61,094 bases of DNA, taken from assembly GCA_964561155.1 (NCBI GenBank), contig CAZLOI010000002.1, positions 155,629 to 216,722 of the forward strand, written 5' to 3'. Shown piece by piece: positions 11,234 through 18,852 of this stretch; the first letter of the stretch is position 1, and every line of letters starts with the position of its first letter. Under the pieces are notes generated by a model, which saw only the letters and a program-made list of their open reading frames with translations, did not search any database and was not told the DNA's origin. The DNA comes from an uncultured Candidatus Saccharibacteria bacterium. GTDB lineage: Bacteria; Patescibacteriota; Dojkabacteria; J137. Both the position numbers and the translations under genes were made by a program.

Positions 11234-11281
11234 ATGACAAGAGAAATAAACTCAACAAACTTCATATGCTGTTGCTGTTAA
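11234..11281 (+). CDS. Leader peptide MTREINSTNFICCCC (polycysteine uORF, candidate attenuator)
   Basis: ATG ACA AGA GAA ATA AAC TCA ACA AAC TTC ATA TGC TGT TGC TGT TAA read directly from sequence; lies upstream of the PIG-L-cysS operon; too short for the ORF track. Confidence 0.7.
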   Translation: MTREINSTNFICCCC

Positions 11282-11321
11282 AGGAAGATTCTTCATTTCC
11301 TTTATATATTACCTTTAAATC

Positions 11322-12134
11322 ATGTTAACTCTAATAATCTTAATAACAATAATCCTTAGTATATCTGTATACCTGTATCTCATATTTAAATACCAAGACT
11401 TTAAAACAAAGAAGGTTAACGTTGGATACTTCAAAGTAAACAAGTACGAAGTAACAAACATACTATTCATATACCCTCATCCAGATGATGAAACAATGGG
11501 TTCTGGAGGATTAATACAAAAGCTTTCCAGAAACAAAAAGTTCGATGTACATGTAATATCCTTAACTAGAGGCGAGAAAGGAAAAGAACTAAAAAACCTT
11601 CCAGATTCAGAGCTAGCAGAAATACGAACCAAGGAATTTACTAATGCTGTAACAATTTTAGGTGCCAAACAATTTGAAATCTGGAACTATCCAGATGGAA
11701 AGATTGAAGCTTCTGAACAAGAAATAAAGAAGCAGCTTCTTCAATACATCGAAGAACATGAAATCGATACAGTAGTAACGTATGAAAGAACTGGAATATA
11801 TGGTCACAAAGATCATGTTGCACTCTCAAGATATGTTCATGATATTTCAAAACGAAACAAACAACTTAAGGTATTCTATGCAACAATAGCTCCAAAGGTT
11901 GAAGAACTATATAACTTCCCAAAACACATAGTTGGATTAAAGCTAACAAAGAATACATTGTGCGAGAAACCAGAGGTACGTATCAATAAACTGCTCAATA
12001 GCTATCGACAGTATAAAGCTGCAAAAGCACATCGATCACAAAGACTAAATCATATAATGCCTTTGTGGCTAGCTCTTTTATTACAGCCATATGAGTACTA
12101 TACTACTATATACACAGATTCAACTAAATCTTAA
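11322..12134 (+). CDS. PIG-L/LmbE family deacetylase with N-terminal TM helix
   Basis: YPHPDDE, LTRGEKG, YPDGKI, YGHKDH motifs. Confidence 0.88.
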   Translation: MLTLIILITIILSISVYLYLIFKYQDFKTKKVNVGYFKVNKYEVTNILFIYPHPDDETMGSGGLIQKLSRNKKFDVHVISLTRGEKGKELKNLPDSELAEIRTKEFTNAVTILGAKQFEIWNYPDGKIEASEQEIKKQLLQYIEEHEIDTVVTYERTGIYGHKDHVALSRYVHDISKRNKQLKVFYATIAPKVEELYNFPKHIVGLKLTKNTLCEKPEVRINKLLNSYRQYKAAKAHRSQRLNHIMPLWLALLLQPYEYYTTIYTDSTKS

Positions 12135-12143
12135 AACTAGCCT

Positions 12144-13523
12144 ATGAAACTATACGATTCATTACAAAGAGATATTAGAGAATTCACCCCTAGAATTGAA
12201 GGCAAAGTTAGTATGTATACTTGCGGTCCTACGGTATATGACTACCAGCACATTGGAAACCTAAGAACATCAACACTCATGGATACTCTACGAAGAGCAT
12301 TACTATATAGTGGATACGAAGTTGTATCTGTAATGAACGTTACCGATGTAGAAGACAAAATAGAAAACAGAGCGAAGAGAGACAACGTTAAAGTTGATGA
12401 TATAACAAAACAGTTCGAAGCTATATACTTTGAGAACCTTGCAAGCATGAATATTCAAGTGGATCTTGTACCTCATGCAAGTGAACATATTCAAGAACAG
12501 ATTCAGATAATACAGAAACTAATTGAGCAAGGTTACGCATACCAGAATGAGTTTGGAATATATTTCGATATAACAAAAGATACAGACTACGGAAAACTTG
12601 GTAACACATTCAAATCAAACAGAGAGCAGAGTAGGATCGGATTCACAGAAGGAAAGAGAAATCAGGAAGACTTCGCACTATGGAAGTTTCCAATAGAAAA
12701 TGAAGAGAGACAGAAGCTCTGGGAAAGTCCATGGGGGAAAGGTTTTCCAGGATGGCATATAGAATGTAGTGCAATGAGTATGAAGGCTCTTTCAGATGCT
12801 TTTGACAATGCAATATTTGAACCAACTAAATTTGAAACAATAGATATTCATGTTGGAGGAGATGATTTGAAAGAAGTACATCATGAAAATGAAATAGCTC
12901 AGAGTGAATCTGCTACTGGGAAACAGTTTGTAAACTTCTGGGTACACGGAGCTATGCTTAACATTGGAGCTGAAAAGATGAGCAAGAGTCTAGGAAATTT
13001 TTCAACATTAAAGACAGTAATTGACGAAGGTTACGATCCAATACATCTTAGATACCTATACTACAACACTCATTACAGAAAAAATCTAACATTCACATAT
13101 GAATCTCTAGACGCAGCACGAACTGCATACCAAAGACTTGTAGAGAACCTTAGAAACCTTTCACAACAGGTACAAGATATTCCAACACCTGCATTCGTTG
13201 TCGATGAGGAATCAAAGATGCGATTCAAGCAGGCCTTGGAAGATGATCTAAACATGCCTCAAGCACTTTCAGTACTGTGGGAAGTATCGAAGAATCCAAA
13301 TCTAACTGCAGATGTTAAGTTAACTACAATTCTTGATTTCGATAGAGCATTGGGACTAAAGCTAGAAGAAAAGATGTCTGAACCTGTTGAATATTCATCT
13401 GAAATTCAAGAGTTAATTAAGGAAAGAGAAACTGCAAGGAATGAAAAGAACTGGAGCAGAGCAGATGAGATACGAGATATTCTAAAACAGAAGCATAACG
13501 TAGAGGTTAAGGATCGAAGCTAG
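12144..13523 (+). CDS. cysS: Cysteine--tRNA ligase
   Basis: YTCGPTVYDYQHIGN, DFALWK, PGWHIECSAM, DIHVGGDDL..HHENE, KMSKSLGN, C-terminal anticodon-binding region. Confidence 0.97.
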   Translation: MKLYDSLQRDIREFTPRIEGKVSMYTCGPTVYDYQHIGNLRTSTLMDTLRRALLYSGYEVVSVMNVTDVEDKIENRAKRDNVKVDDITKQFEAIYFENLASMNIQVDLVPHASEHIQEQIQIIQKLIEQGYAYQNEFGIYFDITKDTDYGKLGNTFKSNREQSRIGFTEGKRNQEDFALWKFPIENEERQKLWESPWGKGFPGWHIECSAMSMKALSDAFDNAIFEPTKFETIDIHVGGDDLKEVHHENEIAQSESATGKQFVNFWVHGAMLNIGAEKMSKSLGNFSTLKTVIDEGYDPIHLRYLYYNTHYRKNLTFTYESLDAARTAYQRLVENLRNLSQQVQDIPTPAFVVDEESKMRFKQALEDDLNMPQALSVLWEVSKNPNLTADVKLTTILDFDRALGLKLEEKMSEPVEYSSEIQELIKERETARNEKNWSRADEIRDILKQKHNVEVKDRS

Positions 13524-13556
13524 CTAATATTCTATTCTTGGGTATATAATCCAAGA

Positions 13557-14471
13557 ATGGAGAGTATACCCGTTCGCTCTGGGTTGAAAAACAAAAGACT
13601 GTTACTAGTTTTCTATTCCATGCTCACGGCTTTAACTGTCGATGCACAATCCGTTAATACACTACCAACACTCCTGCCACCAATACCGCACAACCTCGAT
13701 ATCACTTTAAACAATATTCGTACAACAGACCTTGGAATATCTTTTGGGTACACCAATCCCTCACATCACGAAATACTAGGTAACATTGATCTCGATGCTA
13801 TTTGGAACTATATAAATGAAAACTATGAATGTGAAGGTGTAGCTCCGGAGATTGTCGTATATGACAACTTAACGAATAGGAATATACGCTTTATTTTGTT
13901 TGGAGGTTTGTTTAAGTATAGCGATGTAGAAACAAACGCAGGTAAATTAAAGATTGAAGTACTAGAAGCAGGAGAGGAATCTAATCCTATAGGGGTAATT
14001 GTAATCAACACAGGAAGTATTCTTCCACTACTTAAAATGTCTGAACGTCCTAGACACCTTTTCTATACAACGCTCTTCGCGCTCCTTTTCCACGAAATGC
14101 TTCATGCATGTCAGATAACTAAGGAAGGTATGAACGATACAGCCCTTAGACAAAATTCAGAGCAGGAAGCATATAGCCTAACACTAGCTGTTAATAACTT
14201 AATGGAAGACATACGAATTCGGGAAGATAAATCGAGTCGATTAGAAAACAACAATAATGTTTATGTAAAACCCATTGCTACCAAGAAAACTAATGCACTT
14301 CAAAAGTATGAATATCAAAAAGCATTTAAGGAACTGTATGCATCTATTCAGGACTACAAAATATATATTAGCTATGGATTTGAAATAACTATCCCTAGGC
14401 TTTCAAGAGATAGATACGATTCTCTTCGAGAAGTATTACAGGAGCTATCTGCTGGTATTGAGGAGCAGTAG
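13557..14471 (+). CDS. Hypothetical protein with HExxH motif (possible zincin-like peptidase)
   Basis: LFHEMLHACQ followed by SEQEAY; possible N-terminal signal. Confidence 0.55.
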   Translation: MESIPVRSGLKNKRLLLVFYSMLTALTVDAQSVNTLPTLLPPIPHNLDITLNNIRTTDLGISFGYTNPSHHEILGNIDLDAIWNYINENYECEGVAPEIVVYDNLTNRNIRFILFGGLFKYSDVETNAGKLKIEVLEAGEESNPIGVIVINTGSILPLLKMSERPRHLFYTTLFALLFHEMLHACQITKEGMNDTALRQNSEQEAYSLTLAVNNLMEDIRIREDKSSRLENNNNVYVKPIATKKTNALQKYEYQKAFKELYASIQDYKIYISYGFEITIPRLSRDRYDSLREVLQELSAGIEEQ

Positions 14472-17400
14472 TTATAGCAAGCAGTATTCACATTCGTTAC
14501 ACAAAGGATTGTTCTCCGTTCCATTAAACTCAAGATTTAGAATACTCTTGTATGCAGATAATATCTTTGTCTTTAGTTCCTCTACATCTTCATTCGTAAT
14601 TTGAAGTGATATCTTTGAGAACTTGTTGTCCTTCTTCTTTAAGAAATCTACACAAGCTTCTTGAATAATATATTTGTGCCCCTTTGAACTTGCGAAACTA
14701 GAATCTAAATCTCCAAGTAGCTTGTAGAATACTAACTGATTAAATATCTCACCTTTAGAATCCTTTGTACTGCCACGTATCTGGCCTTCAGTCTTTGGAG
14801 AAGATGTTTTGTAGTCAATAACTCGTACAATATGATTCCCTACCTCATCTTTAGATATCTCTTCAATCTTGTCTACCTTTCCACTAAGTGGAATATTAAT
14901 TCCATCTAACTCTAGATTAATATTCCTTAATCCAAAATTGTATTCAACCTCTAACGGTGCTACAAAGGAAGCTTCATACTCCTTGAAATACTCAGTTAGA
15001 ATCATAGTACCCTCATCAAGTATCTCTTGATACAGATCCTTGTATACAAGCTGACGCTTCAAGCTTCGCTCCAGCTCCGAAATTAAATATGAAGCCTCCA
15101 TCTTCTCTCCATTCTTGAGCATCCTGAAATAGCTTTCCAGACAACTATGTACACCAGTACCAAGAACCAAAGCCTTCTCAAATGGTTCAGGTATTTGAAG
15201 TATACGTCTATAGAAGAACTTCTTTGGACACTCGATATACTCGTTTAACGCAGAAGCAGACATCTTGAATCTCTGTAGCTCATTTCGAATAAAGTCCTGA
15301 GCTTTTTCTGATTCCAAAATGATTCGTTCCTTCTTCACAGTGTTAAGTAATGTTTCTTTTGTAATCTCTACCAAATCATTTGTAGGAACCTTCTTAACTA
15401 AACTGCTGTCTATTTCTGAAATAAATTGAGAAGGAAGTTTCTCCTTTCCTTCCATATCATCAGATTGCATTCTTGCGTAGGATATATACACATTCGTCTT
15501 TGCTCTAGTTAAAGCTACAAAGAACAAACGTCTTTCATCTTCAATACTTGTTTCTTCAACTTCCTTTGTTAAAGCATCGTCTGATCTAAAATATATTTCC
15601 TTAGGTAGCTTGATAATCTTTCGATCTGTTTGGTTCCCCCACTTCTTGTCTACACAGTTAATAATAAATACATGTTCGAATTCCAAACCCTTGGATGAGT
15701 GTGCTGTTCTAAGAACAACTGCTTCCTGCTTTGTTTCAAGACCAGGTTCCGATATCCCAATATTGCTTTCTTTCATGAGCTCTAGATCTTGTAATAGATC
15801 ATCAACAGTCATTTCTGAATCAGCACGATTTAGTGAACGCACATATTTAAGAAGAGCAGAGAAAGCGTTAATATCTTCTAACGAGAATTCATCGGTACGC
15901 AAAAGATAATCACTAAACCCAATGTCCTTAGCATACCATTGAAGAACGTTATATAAAGTATCGTTCTTAACTTCTTTACCAAACTTAAATACTTTTTCAA
16001 GAAAGGTTTCGATCTTTTCTAGGGAACTGAACCTTGCTCTTTGTTCTTCTGTTAATTCCTTAATCAATTCAAGGAAAGGCATTCTTGTTTCTTTCCTCAG
16101 TTTGTTTAATAGGAACAAATCATATTCAGCTATCTCCAAGAAATTGTAGTTTAGGGCTGTGAATAGTTGATTGTCATATCCAGAAGTGCTGTCTACATTT
16201 AATAGCTTTATAAGTTGAATGAACTGTTTAACCACCTTTTCATCCAATGCGTTTCCTCCTCTGTGCATATCAAATGGAATCTTGTACTTCTCTAGTTGCT
16301 CTATGATTGAAACAGAATCCTTGTTGTTTCTAAACATAACAGAAACTTCTGATGGGTTAACACCTTTATCAAGCAAAGCTTTAATCTTCTTAACTACCCA
16401 TGCAGTTTCCATATCGCTATTATCAAATTCATAGAGTTCGATAGGGTATGAATCTACTTGCGTTCCAGCTTTCAAATCTTTATTTAATTCCTTAATATGG
16501 TTTGAAAGCCTATTAACATTCTTGCTTATAACATTCGAAGCTGCATCCAAAATGAGTTGAGTAGAGCGATAGTTAATTGCTACAGATATTGGTTTAACGT
16601 TTTCAAACATAGTGGTAAAGTCCAAAAGATTCTGAACATTTGCACCTTGAAAACGATATATAGCCTGATCATCATCTCCTACTGCGAATATATTAGGAGA
16701 CTTATCAAATGATCCAAGTAGCTTTATGATTTGATTCTGGGATCCATTTGTATCTTGATATTCATCTACAAGCATATACAAGAATTTCTCTTGATAGTGT
16801 GAGAGCAGAGAATCGTCATCGCGGAAAGCTTTAATCACAAACAATATCATGTCTTCGTAGTCGTACAGTCCTTCCATCTCTAGTTTCTCTACATATCTTT
16901 TGTATACGGTAGCGAGCTCTGTATTTTTTTGCGCTGATTCCAATTCCTTGAACCAATCACTCGTAGGTTTACCAGTCTTCTTGTTAAGCTTTGGATTGGC
17001 TTCAATCTCTGAATATATTTCTGAAGTTAAAGAAATGAAGTCATCTGGAAATATTCCTTCCATCTTCAATGTTTTGAATGAATCAAGTAACGATCCTTGA
17101 TATTTATATTTCTCATAGAATGGTCGTATCTTGTATCCATTTTCTTTTTCAGGTAGTTCATCGATTATCTGCTTTATGATCTTTACTCTTGTTAAATCAT
17201 CCAACCTATTTAGTTCTTTAACTTTTATGAACTTCTCAGGAAACGTTCCTATTACTTCGTTACAGAAGCTATGAAATGTATGTATCTTTACGCTGTATGC
17301 AGCAGATCCAATAAAGGATGAGAGTCTCTTTTTCATTGCAGCTACTCCTGCCTCCGAGTATGTCAAACAAAGTATGTTCTGGGGTGTTACGTCTCTATTT

Positions 17401-17546
17401 TGGAGTATGTTTGCTATACGTAGTGTTAGCATTTGTGTCTTTCCAGTACCTGGTCCTGCTATTACCAACACTGGTCCTTCAAGTGTTTCTACTGCTAGTT
17501 TCTGTTGAGGATTTAGTTTTGATATTGCTACTTCTAGTTCTGTCAT
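14472..17546 (-). CDS. UvrD/PcrA-like SF1 helicase fused to a C-terminal PD-(D/E)xK nuclease
   Basis: LNPQQ, AGPGTGKT, VDEYQD, VGDDDQAIY, NYRS, HSSKGLEF, EERR-like DERRLFFVALTRAK; nuclease SGKVDKIE...IDYKT; Cys ligands ECP and CNECEYC; start placed at ATG 17546. Confidence 0.92.
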   Translation of the reverse strand: MTELEVAISKLNPQQKLAVETLEGPVLVIAGPGTGKTQMLTLRIANILQNRDVTPQNILCLTYSEAGVAAMKKRLSSFIGSAAYSVKIHTFHSFCNEVIGTFPEKFIKVKELNRLDDLTRVKIIKQIIDELPEKENGYKIRPFYEKYKYQGSLLDSFKTLKMEGIFPDDFISLTSEIYSEIEANPKLNKKTGKPTSDWFKELESAQKNTELATVYKRYVEKLEMEGLYDYEDMILFVIKAFRDDDSLLSHYQEKFLYMLVDEYQDTNGSQNQIIKLLGSFDKSPNIFAVGDDDQAIYRFQGANVQNLLDFTTMFENVKPISVAINYRSTQLILDAASNVISKNVNRLSNHIKELNKDLKAGTQVDSYPIELYEFDNSDMETAWVVKKIKALLDKGVNPSEVSVMFRNNKDSVSIIEQLEKYKIPFDMHRGGNALDEKVVKQFIQLIKLLNVDSTSGYDNQLFTALNYNFLEIAEYDLFLLNKLRKETRMPFLELIKELTEEQRARFSSLEKIETFLEKVFKFGKEVKNDTLYNVLQWYAKDIGFSDYLLRTDEFSLEDINAFSALLKYVRSLNRADSEMTVDDLLQDLELMKESNIGISEPGLETKQEAVVLRTAHSSKGLEFEHVFIINCVDKKWGNQTDRKIIKLPKEIYFRSDDALTKEVEETSIEDERRLFFVALTRAKTNVYISYARMQSDDMEGKEKLPSQFISEIDSSLVKKVPTNDLVEITKETLLNTVKKERIILESEKAQDFIRNELQRFKMSASALNEYIECPKKFFYRRILQIPEPFEKALVLGTGVHSCLESYFRMLKNGEKMEASYLISELERSLKRQLVYKDLYQEILDEGTMILTEYFKEYEASFVAPLEVEYNFGLRNINLELDGINIPLSGKVDKIEEISKDEVGNHIVRVIDYKTSSPKTEGQIRGSTKDSKGEIFNQLVFYKLLGDLDSSFASSKGHKYIIQEACVDFLKKKDNKFSKISLQITNEDVEELKTKILSAYKSILNLEFNGTENNPLCNECEYCLL

Positions 17547-17553
17547 TAGGTTA

Positions 17554-18009
17554 TTATACCGCACTCTGGGAGTATAATTTCCATCCTTGTCCTCCAAAAA
17601 CTGCTTTTAAATTCTCTTCTTCACTGTTGTTTTCACTAACACTCTTAACCAGGATACTTGAAGTTCCTACTGTCGTTTGTCCAGCTGTACCATCAAAAAC
17701 AAAAGCTTCTTCTTCACTCTTCACTACACCTACTATATGTTCCATTATAAATTCTTTGTTCCTAAGGTTGGGGTATGGAGAGCATACCCAAAGTTGTGCT
17801 TTAGAAGTGGTATGAGTGTTTATCCAATCTACTATTTCTCCGTTTATTTTCTTACAAAGTTTAGAGTCTCCATTTCTAAGGTCAATGAAGTTACGTCCCC
17901 GTATATATTCTGCAATAGCTATGATTTGTTCTACATGAGATATCTCTCTAAAGTCTGGTTCTTTAAGAGACTCCTGTAATCTCCTGTTTCTTAGAAATAT
18001 GTTGTCCAT
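17554..18009 (-). CDS. Hypothetical protein
   Basis: 151-aa ORF preceded by TGATATAAT + 6 nt + ATG. Confidence 0.6.
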   Translation of the reverse strand: MDNIFLRNRRLQESLKEPDFREISHVEQIIAIAEYIRGRNFIDLRNGDSKLCKKINGEIVDWINTHTTSKAQLWVCSPYPNLRNKEFIMEHIVGVVKSEEEAFVFDGTAGQTTVGTSSILVKSVSENNSEEENLKAVFGGQGWKLYSQSAV

Positions 18010-18091
18010 TCTCTTATTATATCATTTTAATTACGTAACAATATGTGATACGTTTTATTTGTAGAGGTTATATATTAGCGATATAACGTTA

Positions 18092-18157
18092 CCAGATGTC
18101 GGCAACGGTATCTGGGTGATGGCAATTGTGCCTCACTCGAAACTTAACAACGTGAGG
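18092..18157 (+). promoter_or_regulatory. Structured 5' leader (GNRA hairpin plus mutually exclusive hairpin/anti-SD)
   Basis: CCAGATGTCG-GCAA-CGGTATCTGG; GTGA(T)GGCA-ATTG-TGCCTCAC; CCTCAC (18131-36) complementary to GTGAGG (18152-57). Confidence 0.45.
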
Positions 18158-18167
18158 AAAGTTAGAA

Positions 18168-18350
18168 ATGGGTGATACCCAGAAGAAAATGCAAGAGATG
18201 GGTGTTACATTTGGAAAAGAATTGGGTGGAATGGTACTGATCACTCTACCTGCCGGGTGGTATTTTCGATATGAATCCGGTGTAAAGCGTGTATATGATC
18301 AGTACGGAAACGTTAAGATCAGCCATCAAGATGGGAAAAGATCATCTTAA
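18168..18350 (+). CDS. Small hypothetical protein (60 aa)
   Basis: ATG with upstream GAGGA SD; protein-like composition. Confidence 0.45.
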   Translation: MGDTQKKMQEMGVTFGKELGGMVLITLPAGWYFRYESGVKRVYDQYGNVKISHQDGKRSS

Positions 18351-18539
18351 TAACCGAGGTAAGTCAAAGCAAACCCATCAAGTCTCCATGCGTTCCAAGA
18401 CAGGAGTATTTCATTTCTGGACCGCAATCTAACAATTAACTCACGCGCCCCGTGGTAAAAATCTGGGGACAATCGCTCCTTTCGGAGCAGAGGCCACCTT
18501 AAACAAGTGGCCTCAACCATATATACCTCTTAATCCTAT

Positions 18540-18563
18540 AAAAAATCCCACATTTCTGTGGGA
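18540..18563 (-). terminator. Intrinsic terminator of the fusA transcript
   Basis: TCCCACA-GAAA-TGTGGGA followed by TTTTT on the minus strand. Confidence 0.75.
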
Positions 18564-18584
18564 CTTCCTATACCTTTTATTAAC

Positions 18585-18851
18585 TTATCGTACTCTTTCA
18601 AATAGACCTTCTGTACTTAATTCCTGAGTAATCTTTTCTGCTTTTGCAGTACCCCAGTGACCTCTAACCAAACTCTCTAATTGACTATCTGATTCACCCA
18701 AAGACGCTAGCTCCATTTTAACCAAGGGCAAAACATTCTCCTTAACCCAATTCCAATCGTGATTAGCTAGGCTGTCGAATCCTACTTGAAAATTTCTTGC
18801 TAGAACAAGACGCAGAGCTCTTCTTGTTGCAACATTAAGATCATACTCCAT
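18585..18851 (-). CDS. Small hypothetical protein (88 aa) coupled to fusA
   Basis: ATG at 18851, 2 nt from the fusA stop; MEYDLNVATRR... Confidence 0.6.
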   Translation of the reverse strand: MEYDLNVATRRALRLVLARNFQVGFDSLANHDWNWVKENVLPLVKMELASLGESDSQLESLVRGHWGTAKAEKITQELSTEGLFERVR

Positions 18852-18852
18852 A

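Noticed and set aside
18085-18520. RNase P RNA, tmRNA, SRP or 6S RNA (contains GAGGAAAGT)
   Set aside because: No complementary 3' P4 strand (ACAGAA..GGCTTA type), no tRNA-like ends and no SRP loop. The GAGGA is better explained as an SD.
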